Sequence record: NC_061444.1
DNA: 64,000 nucleotides
Direction: 5' to 3' (one strand)
The translations under genes were made by a program, and so were the position numbers. The notes beneath the pieces were generated by a model, which saw only the letters and a list, made by a program, of their open reading frames with translations, was not told the origin of the DNA and did no database searches. Positions 25,849 through 35,372 of this stretch are shown here, piece after piece (position 1 is the stretch's first letter; every line of letters begins with the position of its first letter).

Positions 25849-27612
25849 TTAAAACGCTTTACGTTCGATATTCGAATATAAAGTTTCATACGGCTCAGAG
25901 TACAGTTCAGGACCGCGTTGAGCGCGTACAGTCACGTAACCAGTGTGACGGTTGAAGTCAGTGATTTCGACTGTAGGCTGTTTAGGCTTGAGAGTCGCAT
26001 AAATAGGAGCGTTCAGAGTTGGTTCGTCTGTCTGAATCTTATTTACAGATTGCAGAGCAGCGCCTGAAAGCGTAGGCAGCTTGAATCGCAGTTCAGCACG
26101 TTTCTGTCCGAACGCTGCGCGAATCATACCGTTTTCCAGCTTCACACCGTTCTGCTTGAGATATGCAGCGATGCGACGACCGATACCCGTAAGCTGATCG
26201 CGAGTGCGTGGGTCGAACGTACCTTCGAAGCTGATTGCTTCTTCCGGTTGACGTACAGACAGATGCAGACCTGTGTTGAAGTAACCTTCGGTCAGAAGAC
26301 GAAGCACTTCTTTGACAACCTCTTTCGTGTTCTGATTGATAGCAGCAACACGCAGCTCAGGCACGTCTACTTTGATCGGGTCACGCAGTTCGGTCTGGTT
26401 GTCCATGTAGCCGAGTGAAATGTGTTTCGCATTGGCATACGTATGCTGCAACACACCAGTAGCGCGAATCAACACAGAGCCGCCTTTAGCGAGGTCATAC
26501 AGTTCATCGCTGGTGGTTGTGCTGAACAGATAGTAGTCTGTAGGCACTGCCATGCGATTAACAGCTTCAACCGCTTTCGTCTGCGCTTCTTTCACAGTCT
26601 TACCGAAGACAACACGACTACGGTTAGGCTGAGAGGCAGACACAGGGAAGAACGCACCGTAAACAGCCTGCACGTTTTTCTTAATAGGCTGATCAGAAGC
26701 AATCTTCTTACCGCCAGCGAGCGGAGGCAGCTTAACGCCCACCAGCTTACCTTTGACGATATGCTTGTTTTCTTTAACAGGCTTGAGACTGTCGATCAGC
26801 TTAGACAGTGACGCACCATCGAGAATCTTCTCAAGCGGAACAACAAGGTTCTGCGGCAGATAGTGTTTCTTGCGATACGTGTAGATAACGGTGTCTTTCT
26901 TGACCTGCAAAGGCGTAGCCATATTGCGACCAACAACACCGACAGGCTGGAACGTGTTTGCTCTGTCGTTAGCGATTGAGCCAAACTGTTTAGTGAACTC
27001 AGTCTGACCGATGATGTTAGCGACACGCAGATGACCACGAACGATAAACACAATCTTCGGTTCATCTTTCAGGCGCAACTCGTAGCGGTCACGGTTCAGA
27101 TAAACCAGGCTGTACTTGTCGCCCTTCTCCAGCTCAAGGTCATACTCGTCGTTAGCGTCATCGACAACGACTTTCTTACCCTGATACGTAGCGTAAGTGC
27201 GAGCACCGGCAGACTCAGAAGCGATCTGCATTGCCTTACCGGTATTAGATAGCGATGCAGCGAAGTCACGCACGGCTGGCATCAGGTCGAATGAAGACGC
27301 TACAGAATACGGTTCGCGCTTATCGCCAAGATGCAGATGCACGGCGCTTGTGCTGGACATGAAGACTGTTGTACCTACATCTTCGTGCTTACCAGCAAAG
27401 TTCAGGCCGCTGATACGTTCGATGGTATTCGCATTCAGTGATTCGAAGCGTACATCGCTACCAGCAGCGAAGTCAAAGATTTCACCGTGACGCCAAGCAT
27501 AGGCAACGTTGCTGGAGCTAAGGCCAACAAACGCATCGCCAATTCGGCTGACGGTTAACGGCATGATACTCAGATCACGAATGATCGAGGACTGCTTTTT
27601 AATGAGGTTCAT
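25849..27612 (-). CDS. Hypothetical protein, candidate internal head protein (587 aa)
   Basis: Contains the ~65-aa domain shared with three other ORFs (TYATYQGKKV...KGDKYSL), preceded by SES-A. Confidence 0.7.
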   Translation of the reverse strand: MNLIKKQSSIIRDLSIMPLTVSRIGDAFVGLSSSNVAYAWRHGEIFDFAAGSDVRFESLNANTIERISGLNFAGKHEDVGTTVFMSSTSAVHLHLGDKREPYSVASSFDLMPAVRDFAASLSNTGKAMQIASESAGARTYATYQGKKVVVDDANDEYDLELEKGDKYSLVYLNRDRYELRLKDEPKIVFIVRGHLRVANIIGQTEFTKQFGSIANDRANTFQPVGVVGRNMATPLQVKKDTVIYTYRKKHYLPQNLVVPLEKILDGASLSKLIDSLKPVKENKHIVKGKLVGVKLPPLAGGKKIASDQPIKKNVQAVYGAFFPVSASQPNRSRVVFGKTVKEAQTKAVEAVNRMAVPTDYYLFSTTTSDELYDLAKGGSVLIRATGVLQHTYANAKHISLGYMDNQTELRDPIKVDVPELRVAAINQNTKEVVKEVLRLLTEGYFNTGLHLSVRQPEEAISFEGTFDPRTRDQLTGIGRRIAAYLKQNGVKLENGMIRAAFGQKRAELRFKLPTLSGAALQSVNKIQTDEPTLNAPIYATLKPKQPTVEITDFNRHTGYVTVRAQRGPELYSEPYETLYSNIERKAF

Positions 27613-27620
27613 ATAAATCC

Positions 27621-28055
27621 CTAATACGAAACAATGCGGAAGGCGTTCTGCTTGAGCAGGTTAAGATTGCCCAGCATCAAGCTGTACGCAAGAGTACCGT
27701 GCTGTTCGAGCAGACTGTCAGGTACAAGTGACCCGAAGTAAAGCGCTTTGTCTGGTCGAGTGTTAATCTCTTCGCCGGTAGACTTCATTGCGTCAGGGAC
27801 AACGAAGCACCACGGTTCAGCAACGTATTTACCTTTGACGTACTGAATCCTATAGCCAACAGCCATGTGCTGGCCTTTGGTTGGGCGATACGAAAAAACA
27901 TCCGTGTTCTGATTACGCGACTTGCGAACAGAGAACAACGACATGGTTAAAAATCGCTGTTCGAACTGTGGGATGAACGCGTTGTCTTCGCAAATCTTTT
28001 TCAGTACCGCCTCCTGTCGAGCTTTTGGCATCGACGAGAACAGGCTTAAATTCAT
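27621..28055 (-). CDS. Hypothetical protein (144 aa)
   Basis: Tightly packed ORF in the operon. Confidence 0.65.
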   Translation of the reverse strand: MNLSLFSSMPKARQEAVLKKICEDNAFIPQFEQRFLTMSLFSVRKSRNQNTDVFSYRPTKGQHMAVGYRIQYVKGKYVAEPWCFVVPDAMKSTGEEINTRPDKALYFGSLVPDSLLEQHGTLAYSLMLGNLNLLKQNAFRIVSY

Positions 28056-28666
28056 GACAGTCTGGCGAGAATTTGACGAACAACATCAGACACTGAATTG
28101 ACCTCAGTGTCGATAACCAGATCGAAACCACCAGGCACTTCAAGGTAGCGTTGGTTGTATTGCTCGTACACTTCTTTGGTCTGACGCTTCTCGATACGGT
28201 CTTCACCGCCGATACGAATCTTCCTGCGTTCAATGGAAGTTTCATAGCTACACGTCAGCAGCACGGTCAGACGATTCTCAGGAGCGAGTGCTTCCCAAGT
28301 ATGCTGATAGATGTGCGCGTTAACGTCAGACTCACCTGCCTGATAGACATAGGTGGATGGGTAGCCTCGGTCAGCGATGATGATCGTGTTAGGTTCGTTA
28401 GCGAGAATGCGCTCATACGCAGTCATCGTCGAGGAACGTGCAGCAAGGAACAGCAGCAGTTCGGTTCGAGGGTCCATATCCTCATTAAGAGGATTCGAGT
28501 TGGACAGCAGAACGTCACGGATGTGCTCGGCCAAAGGCGTACCTCCAGGCTCACGTAAGCGCAGAGTATTAATACCGCGTTGCGTCAGTATCTCAGACAG
28601 AGCAGTACATACGGTAGACTTACCGCCACCTTCACCGCCTTCAATTAAAACATAGGTTGGTTTCAT
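28052..28666 (-). CDS. tmk: Thymidylate kinase
   Basis: P-loop IEGGEGGGKST, REPGGT, ELLLFLAAR and ADRGYPSTYVYQ motifs. Confidence 0.95.
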   Translation of the reverse strand: MKPTYVLIEGGEGGGKSTVCTALSEILTQRGINTLRLREPGGTPLAEHIRDVLLSNSNPLNEDMDPRTELLLFLAARSSTMTAYERILANEPNTIIIADRGYPSTYVYQAGESDVNAHIYQHTWEALAPENRLTVLLTCSYETSIERRKIRIGGEDRIEKRQTKEVYEQYNQRYLEVPGGFDLVIDTEVNSVSDVVRQILARLS

Positions 28667-28675
28667 AATGAGTCC

Positions 28676-29167
28676 TTAGGCAAAACGCCCACCACGCCAT
28701 GCGGCTTTAATGAGCAATTTCGCCACGATTTCGTTCTTCATTGTCTTTCGCTTGGCGTTGCTTCTGACAGATGCAGAGCCGAACTTATTCACGACAATCA
28801 AACCACAACCGAGTTCTTTGATTCGGTCAATGATGCGTTCGCCGTGCGATTCAAACAGTTGTTCGTCAATGATGAAGTACATGCGCATACAGAAAGGCAA
28901 ATACTTGTGCCACTTCTTGTCGGTGTTGAAGTCAGCCCAGCAACTCTTTACCTCAGTGATAATCATATCGCATTTGGTATTCAGGCAGAACACGTCAGCC
29001 CTTAAGTTACCATGCTTAATCAAACCAAGTTCAATGTGGCATGAATAGCGTTTGTCAATCCAGTAGCGCTGTGCAGCTTCTGTAAGAAAGGCCGTCTTAT
29101 CAGGACGGCTCATTGACTTGAACACGGCAGTCTGAATGGGTTCAGCTTTGCGCCTACTATAAGCCAT
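28676..29167 (-). CDS. MmcB-like PD-(D/E)XK nuclease-family protein
   Basis: ELGL...RADVFCL...IITEVKSCWADFNTDKKWHKYLPFCMRMYF fits the MmcB family pattern. Confidence 0.8.
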   Translation of the reverse strand: MAYSRRKAEPIQTAVFKSMSRPDKTAFLTEAAQRYWIDKRYSCHIELGLIKHGNLRADVFCLNTKCDMIITEVKSCWADFNTDKKWHKYLPFCMRMYFIIDEQLFESHGERIIDRIKELGCGLIVVNKFGSASVRSNAKRKTMKNEIVAKLLIKAAWRGGRFA

Positions 29168-29615
29168 ACGAGTCGATAATGTCCAGGGCTTGCTCTACGA
29201 TAGGACGAAGTTTCTTATCCAGTTTGCGCAGAGCTTTATCAGCTTTAAACCATTTGCGTTCACGCGTCAGAGCTTCATCATACTCGGTCAGCATAGTCTT
29301 GACCTTCATGATGTACCATTCAACGTGTTGCGCACGGCCGGTTTTGCCTTTGACGTATCGCATGATATCTACGAAGTCTTTCGGCTTACCGAGAACACCA
29401 GCTTCTTCCATAGCTTCTTTCAGCGCACTGTCGAGGGGCGTCATTCCTTTTTCAACTCCGCCTTTCGGCAGACCCCAGTTGCCAGCATGTGTGGTGCGAA
29501 TCAGCAGCAGCTCGACCGTACCATCACTTCTCTTTCTGTAAGGAATAACGCCAGACTGCTTACGAGGTTTCTTCTCGTGTGGCAGTTTGGCAGACAATGA
29601 TACGTTGATCATCAT
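29157..29615 (-). CDS. Nudix hydrolase
   Basis: Nudix box GGVEKGMTPLDSALKEAMEEAG; QSGVIPYR...LLLI...WGLPKG resembles Ap4A/DIPP-type Nudix enzymes. Confidence 0.9.
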   Translation of the reverse strand: MMINVSLSAKLPHEKKPRKQSGVIPYRKRSDGTVELLLIRTTHAGNWGLPKGGVEKGMTPLDSALKEAMEEAGVLGKPKDFVDIMRYVKGKTGRAQHVEWYIMKVKTMLTEYDEALTRERKWFKADKALRKLDKKLRPIVEQALDIIDSYGL

Positions 29616-30118
29616 AATGAATCGAGTCCCCGTGGCAGGTCAACATCCCACGAACCAGCATTATCTTTCCACAGACCTTGTTGCTGCAACTCTTTATACG
29701 CTTCATAAAGAGACATGCGCGCCTGAGGCGAAAGCTCGTTCACGAATCCCGGCATGTTGTACGAATACGAGCAGCCAGGGAAGTATTGCAGACGACAGGA
29801 TTCATACGTGTCAAACACGATGCGACCTTCTTCGTCTGCTACAACGGAATGCGATGCCATACCACCTTGACCGAGTACAACAATCTCGTAGTTAGGGTGT
29901 TTGTTGTAGACACGCTGAATGAACTCGGCGGCTTCTGCAAACGGACGTGCCACTTGCGCAGCGCGATGACAATTCTGTTCTACCGCAGACTCAGAAAGAG
30001 AGCGAGCGCCAGTCAGATTCATAGCCGAGGCAAAGATAAGAGTTGCGAGCGATTTAGGCTCGACGGCGGTGGGGAAAAACTTTGTGCCCCACGCTTGTGA
30101 TAGCGAAAGCATGGACAT
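29612..30118 (-). CDS. Hypothetical protein (168 aa)
   Basis: GGAG RBS, upstream GCTAATTT motif, N-terminal SLS. Confidence 0.7.
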   Translation of the reverse strand: MSMLSLSQAWGTKFFPTAVEPKSLATLIFASAMNLTGARSLSESAVEQNCHRAAQVARPFAEAAEFIQRVYNKHPNYEIVVLGQGGMASHSVVADEEGRIVFDTYESCRLQYFPGCSYSYNMPGFVNELSPQARMSLYEAYKELQQQGLWKDNAGSWDVDLPRGLDSL

Positions 30119-30150
30119 CTCCTTATACGATAGTCTCAGCTAAATTAGCG

Positions 30151-30441
30151 TCAGTCGCGCGGACAGTTAAGCACTTGCTTGCGATTCTGCATAAAGTCAC
30201 GCGGTGCAGGCCCCGAGATAACGACAGCATGTTCCACACGATGCTTGGTCGGCTTCTTAGACACGTTGCAGCCAGCATGAGACAGTGCATCGAATGCACG
30301 GTCAGCAGCAGGACCTGAGATAACAAGCGTATGCGCGAAGAAGGGTTTACCCACCTTCTTCATCGTTCTGCCCATCAGTTCGTAGATGCGTTGCGCTTCT
30401 GTTACAGACGGCACAGCACCACACCAGATATCAAACGTCAC
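30151..30441 (-). CDS. Hypothetical protein (96 aa)
   Basis: Packed ORF; internal repeat AHTLVISGPA / EHAVVISGPA. Confidence 0.65.
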   Translation of the reverse strand: MTFDIWCGAVPSVTEAQRIYELMGRTMKKVGKPFFAHTLVISGPAADRAFDALSHAGCNVSKKPTKHRVEHAVVISGPAPRDFMQNRKQVLNCPRD

Positions 30442-31163
30442 TTGGTGTTCTCCTTAATCATAAGGAGACCATTGAAGATACCGAACTTATCAGTGAAATC
30501 ACTGAGGACGTTATGGAGACTGCCGTTATCACCAGGGCCACCGTAAGGATTAAAACCTGTGATGTTGATTTGCAGATGCGATGAACTGACGGTATCGCGT
30601 CCCTTTTCCGCAAGAAAGATGGTATTGCCAGAAAAGCGCTGCTTATCAGTAATGAGCACACCCATGTTAGACCACGTACGGGAAGAGGTTTCCAGCACAA
30701 AGACAGACGCTTCGAAAAAGTTGCATCCCAGCTCTGGCTTGATATCTTCAATGTACTGAGCATCTTCATGGTCAGCAACAACAACGTCCAGCGTAATGAA
30801 ATCAATCGCATCGCGGCGGTTGCGCAACCAGACTTGCATACAGCGCTCAAAGTAGTCAGCCAGCGCACAGCAGATGCAGCTATAGTTCGACGGGTTTTTC
30901 TTGGCGCGTGGTATGGCTGTAATGCTGCGTTCATTGAATTTCCAGCTAATGTGATCAGTTACAAGGGTACCGCTCTGCATCTCAACGTCTTCATCATTAA
31001 TGAAGAACAGGTTGGTGCGTTGCATAGCAATGTTGGACATAACGTGAAGTGCGCTGCCCTGTAGACCCAGAGGGTGCTGAATCATAACACGGGCAGTAAC
31101 GACACGAGGAACCCCGCCGTCCAGATAAGCGAAGTTCATAACACGTTGTAATACAGTGCGCAT
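30438..31163 (-). CDS. Hypothetical protein (241 aa)
   Basis: Long ORF between the spike gene and 30151..30441. Confidence 0.65.
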   Translation of the reverse strand: MRTVLQRVMNFAYLDGGVPRVVTARVMIQHPLGLQGSALHVMSNIAMQRTNLFFINDEDVEMQSGTLVTDHISWKFNERSITAIPRAKKNPSNYSCICCALADYFERCMQVWLRNRRDAIDFITLDVVVADHEDAQYIEDIKPELGCNFFEASVFVLETSSRTWSNMGVLITDKQRFSGNTIFLAEKGRDTVSSSHLQINITGFNPYGGPGDNGSLHNVLSDFTDKFGIFNGLLMIKENTK

Positions 31164-31173
31164 GATGCGTCCT

Positions 31174-31962
31174 TTAGTTCAGGTTGATTGTCTGTCCATT
31201 TACAGTTACTTCCTGACCCGCTTCGATGCTAACAGCACCTTTAACATCAAGCACGTCGTCGCCTTTAACAGTGACCTTGCGATTGCCATCAATCTCAACA
31301 GTCTGGTTGCCTGTAATCTTCGTATACTGATTGCCACCATCACCCTTCGCAGTACCTTTAAACTTGATACGCTTCTTGGGATCAGGCTTGAGATTCTTAG
31401 GCGTCATCGTTGGGTCATTCAGAATGTAATCAGGGATATCATTCTTCGTGCCCGTGACGATAAGCTGCTGGTTGCCGACAATCGTTTGGTTAACATCACC
31501 CATGATTGTCATGTGGAAATCACCAGACGTAACGAGGAAGTGTTCGTTAGTCATGCGGTCAATGATTAACTGCGTACCGGTAGACAGACGCACACCAATA
31601 CGATGCGGATAGTTGACGAGGAACTCAGGCAGAATGTCTGCTTTCGTCATGCGCACGTTAGTAGTGTACATGCCCTCATGCAACTGACCTGTAGGGAACT
31701 TGACGCTCACCTTAGCACCACGAGTCGGAATGAACGACGCACCGAACACAACTCCAGTAGAGCCGCCTTTCAGACCTTCGAGATGACCAACAGCAGGACG
31801 AATCCACGGTATCATCTCGTCAGCAATGTCATCACTCAGGCCCATGATACGCGCACGAATCTGACCGATTTGTTGAGGGTCGTTATTGTCTATAACGATT
31901 GCCTCATATTCCATTTGCGGGTCGATACCCTTCTTCCCGTTAACTGTATTGAGTGGAATCAT
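31174..31962 (-). CDS. Baseplate central spike, gp5/VgrG/gpV-like
   Basis: N-terminal OB motif YEAIVIDNNDPQQIGQIRARI...WIRP; C-terminal beta-helix repeats (ITGNQTVEIDGNRKVTVKG). Confidence 0.85.
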   Translation of the reverse strand: MIPLNTVNGKKGIDPQMEYEAIVIDNNDPQQIGQIRARIMGLSDDIADEMIPWIRPAVGHLEGLKGGSTGVVFGASFIPTRGAKVSVKFPTGQLHEGMYTTNVRMTKADILPEFLVNYPHRIGVRLSTGTQLIIDRMTNEHFLVTSGDFHMTIMGDVNQTIVGNQQLIVTGTKNDIPDYILNDPTMTPKNLKPDPKKRIKFKGTAKGDGGNQYTKITGNQTVEIDGNRKVTVKGDDVLDVKGAVSIEAGQEVTVNGQTINLN

Positions 31963-33854
31963 TTGTTCACCCGTGGTAAATACATTTCGAGCTTCTCACC
32001 GTCAGGCGTACCGTGCTTGCCTGAACCGTCAACAGTACCGTCACCGAGAGAGCATAAGAAGTTACGCAGGTTCTCTTCCTGCTGACGAATGAGTTGCGCA
32101 AGGTTAGTGCTTGGTCCGAGCAGCTTGCTGATAGACAACGCATCCAGACACTTATCAGGCAGAGCATCAGTCAGCATACGGTTCATGTCGTCAATCTTGT
32201 TACTGACACAACGCTGATTGATCTGAGGACCATCAAGATACTCAGCAGGGATATCACCGTTAGCGATCAAGCTGTTCACATCACCTGTGAATCCACTGAG
32301 CATGTTTTCCATAGCGTCGATGCGTCCTGCAAGTGCACCGAGTATGCTGCCTTTGTAGTTGATTGCCAGATTGACACTCAGCTTCTCAAGGCTGTTCAGC
32401 ACGTTACAGATACCTGTTAGGTACTTGGCCATGTTGAACTCTTGCATCAGGCTGTTCAGGTAGTCAACACCTTCACCGTACTTAGCGGCCAGCTCAGGGA
32501 ACTTGAACATCTCGCTATCAGTCTGGAACTGGTCAAGCATGATATCAAGCTGTAAGTTGTGCTGCTGCGCTATCCAGTCAATAGGGTTCGAACCGTCGAG
32601 CGCCTGTTTGATGTTCGCGTTAATCTGGAACGGACGCAGGACATTAGCAACAGTAGACAGAGGCGTTTGAATGATGTTCGATCCACCGCCAATGTTCGAC
32701 GTACCCTCAACAGGTGTGAAGTTACGACTCAACAGGAATGCTTCACTGTACATGCCGCCAACGAATACGCGGGTACGTCCGATGACAAGCCATTTGCCTG
32801 ACACCTTGATATCGGTTTCAACTTGACGCTGACCGTTAATCACACCAGCAGATACGTCAACGATATCGAACAGGTCTACTTCCGGGCATCCACCTAGTAT
32901 GAGCGCACGAGCAGTTTCAGTGTACGTCATTGATTGACGCTTGTTCGAGTAGTATGCCTGTTGGTATTTATCGTGCAGGTTGATATCGTTCGTCGGTCGA
33001 GCGTATTGCTTGCGTGTACCTGCAATATCACCACGAGTGTCGCTGTTAATGTTCAGCGGGTCGGTGCTCTTAACAGTCACAGACGAAAGCTCATTCGTCT
33101 TACCGTCAGAGTCTGTCCATAACAGCTTCTCGCCGTAGTTAGACATACCGTTGAACACACCACTCATGGACTTGGGACGAAACTCATGCAAGTTATACAG
33201 TGGAGTATCGCCAGTCGGTTTGTGGTTGAATAGCCAATACGCTTTCGGGTCGTCTTCGAATAGCTTGTTGATATCACGAACGACCATGCGCTTGTCAGCA
33301 GTGATGAACATCTTCGGCAGCGCTTCTTCCGATATCCACATGTGCTGTTCGATTTCGTGACAGAACTTCTTAGGGCTTGATGCAGCAGATACCCAGTTCA
33401 TGATATCAGAGGTCTGCACGTCACCGAAGTCAGGCGTTAGACCGCCAAACGATGCAACTTGTTTGAGAGCGTCGATAGAAGTACCGCGTATGCTAAAGCT
33501 GCGGGTATCGAAGATGAAGGTCGGTGCGTCGAGAATGCACAGCACATTAAGCATCGGTGTGCCACCTTCACCGTACTCCCTGACTGCGAATACAGAGAAC
33601 GTAAGCGTTGACGCTGATTCCTGATCAGGGCCCATCACCATCGTTATCTTAGTGCCGTCCACAATCGCGTGAGTGGATCGTAATACGTTCGTCTGGTCAG
33701 AGAATATGATCAGAGCGCAGGGTAAAGCAAAGGTGTTTTCGTAGACGTGTACAGAACGAATCAAGTTAGGCATAGACGGCGGTGCTTTGCCGTCTAACAG
33801 TAGCCCAAAATAACCTTGATCCTTCACGCCACCAGAAGTTGCGTGGTCAGACAT
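31959..33854 (-). CDS. Baseplate hub protein, gp27-like, with helical C-terminal extension
   Basis: 631 aa next to the spike gene; hub-like features (VHVYEN, DIKVSGKWLVIG). Confidence 0.6.
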   Translation of the reverse strand: MSDHATSGGVKDQGYFGLLLDGKAPPSMPNLIRSVHVYENTFALPCALIIFSDQTNVLRSTHAIVDGTKITMVMGPDQESASTLTFSVFAVREYGEGGTPMLNVLCILDAPTFIFDTRSFSIRGTSIDALKQVASFGGLTPDFGDVQTSDIMNWVSAASSPKKFCHEIEQHMWISEEALPKMFITADKRMVVRDINKLFEDDPKAYWLFNHKPTGDTPLYNLHEFRPKSMSGVFNGMSNYGEKLLWTDSDGKTNELSSVTVKSTDPLNINSDTRGDIAGTRKQYARPTNDINLHDKYQQAYYSNKRQSMTYTETARALILGGCPEVDLFDIVDVSAGVINGQRQVETDIKVSGKWLVIGRTRVFVGGMYSEAFLLSRNFTPVEGTSNIGGGSNIIQTPLSTVANVLRPFQINANIKQALDGSNPIDWIAQQHNLQLDIMLDQFQTDSEMFKFPELAAKYGEGVDYLNSLMQEFNMAKYLTGICNVLNSLEKLSVNLAINYKGSILGALAGRIDAMENMLSGFTGDVNSLIANGDIPAEYLDGPQINQRCVSNKIDDMNRMLTDALPDKCLDALSISKLLGPSTNLAQLIRQQEENLRNFLCSLGDGTVDGSGKHGTPDGEKLEMYLPRVNK

Positions 33855-33856
33855 GA

Positions 33857-34276
33857 TTAGCCCTCAGCGTCAAGCTCAATCGCAATGGCTTTCAGACGCG
33901 CAGCGAGCAGCTTGAGATCAGCAGACTTCGCTTGCATGTTGAATCCACCACGACCAGGCTTGATTTCAGAATCGTTTTTGGTGTTGTACCACTTACGCAC
34001 TTCAACGACACGGTTACCGGCATCATCGTTAGCGAGGTCTACAGACAAGAAGCCGTGAGGTCCAATCTGAATACGAAACAGTTCAGGCTCAGAAGTCTCT
34101 ACACGCGTTTTCTTCTTTGCCTTAGCAGGCTTCTCTTCCTTCTTGGCCTTCTTCTCTTTCGGCCGCTTGAGTTCTGCATCTTTCTCAGACAGTTTCTCGG
34201 ACTTCTTAGACTTCTTCAAACTGTCCTTGATCTTCTTCGCTTTCACACCAACGATTTTGCCGTTAACCATTGCCAT
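33857..34276 (-). CDS. Lys-rich protein with PC4-like ssDNA-binding domain
   Basis: N-terminal K/E-rich tail; C-terminal FLSVDL...VEVRKWY...KPGRGGFNM fits PC4/YdbC-like fold. Confidence 0.65.
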   Translation of the reverse strand: MAMVNGKIVGVKAKKIKDSLKKSKKSEKLSEKDAELKRPKEKKAKKEEKPAKAKKKTRVETSEPELFRIQIGPHGFLSVDLANDDAGNRVVEVRKWYNTKNDSEIKPGRGGFNMQAKSADLKLLAARLKAIAIELDAEG

Positions 34277-34569
34277 TATATTTGCGTCCTCTTAACTTGT
34301 TTTATTGCGGCACTAGGACGCTTCATGGGAATTGCCATAAGCATACCGGCAGTCATCTCAGATGGATGCAGCAGCGCGTTAGCAATAAGCAACAATGCCC
34401 AGTTAGCGTTCGTACCGTATGTATTGTGCGACAAGAGTTGAGGGTTACCCTCCATAGAGGCGTCGATACGAATCGGGTTGCTATAGATAGAGCTATCCAC
34501 ATCGTCGAACACTTTCATGGTCAGAGGGTCTATCCCCCACTTGTCAATCACTGCGATTGTTTCAGCCAT
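34276..34569 (-). CDS. Baseplate wedge protein, T4 gp53 / LysM-like
   Basis: 97 aa; NPQLLSHNTYGTNANWALLLIANALLHP...G...IP. Confidence 0.7.
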   Translation of the reverse strand: MAETIAVIDKWGIDPLTMKVFDDVDSSIYSNPIRIDASMEGNPQLLSHNTYGTNANWALLLIANALLHPSEMTAGMLMAIPMKRPSAAIKQVKRTQI

Positions 34570-35360
34570 TTTCTCAAGTCCTCTCGCGTTACTGCGAAGT
34601 AGCTACTGACCTGCAGGATGAAGTCAACGCTGATAGGGTTACCCGTCCCGTCTTCCCACACGTTATCGAAGTTAGCATTGACGCTATCAATGACGCATGG
34701 ACTCATTGAGAAGAAATTACCAATATCAACGAAGAACGCCTCACTGTCCTCCAGAATGTTACCGATTGCAGCGTTAGCAGCATCAGCACCTTGGCCACTA
34801 GCAGCCATAGTGAGCGTTTCCATGCTCACAGACTTCAATGGACTAGGGCCCGGAGGTAGCAGCAGACCGCCTTTTTCTGACGGTGCACACAGCGACAGCA
34901 GGTTGATAGTCGTATCAACAACTTCGGTCTTCGTATCAGAATAAGCATCAACGAAGATAGGCAGATCGATTGAGAGATAACTCGGTCCGCCCCACACGCG
35001 AGCACTTGCCAGCTTGTGCATAGAACTTGCACCAGCAAAGCGCAGAGCTTTATCAGCAGCTTGTGCCGTGTTGCCAATGAACTGACCAGCAGCACCAGCA
35101 GCACCGCCAACAGTAGCGAGAGCGTTACCGCCTTTCTCTGCAAGGTCAGCAAGTGTCGTGTTAGCGAACGGTGCATCCCATTGAGAAGACAGGCTGAATG
35201 AGAAGTCAGGTGGAATGAATCCAGTGAACTTGATTGTGCCACTTTTGTTGTAGATCTTAACGCGATACATGTTGTCTACAGAGATAACATCATCACGGGA
35301 TCGTGTTGCACCAACAGCAGTGGCTTGCCCACCATCGGCGGGCATCAGATAGTTAGCCAC
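34548..35360 (-). CDS. Baseplate / tail-tube initiator (gp48/gp54-like)
   Basis: 270 aa; DIGNFFSMSPCVIDSVNANFD...PISVDFILQVSSY; position after the tape-measure gene. Confidence 0.55.
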   Translation of the reverse strand: MANYLMPADGGQATAVGATRSRDDVISVDNMYRVKIYNKSGTIKFTGFIPPDFSFSLSSQWDAPFANTTLADLAEKGGNALATVGGAAGAAGQFIGNTAQAADKALRFAGASSMHKLASARVWGGPSYLSIDLPIFVDAYSDTKTEVVDTTINLLSLCAPSEKGGLLLPPGPSPLKSVSMETLTMAASGQGADAANAAIGNILEDSEAFFVDIGNFFSMSPCVIDSVNANFDNVWEDGTGNPISVDFILQVSSYFAVTREDLRKWLKQSQ

Positions 35361-35372
35361 ACAAACTCCTTA

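Noticed and set aside
24828-25881. Short ORFs in the gene-free interval (24828..25013, 25077..25271, 25281..25493, 25339..25548, 25609..25881)
   Set aside because: No clear RBS, atypical codon usage, mutually overlapping; better explained as chance ORFs in structured RNA
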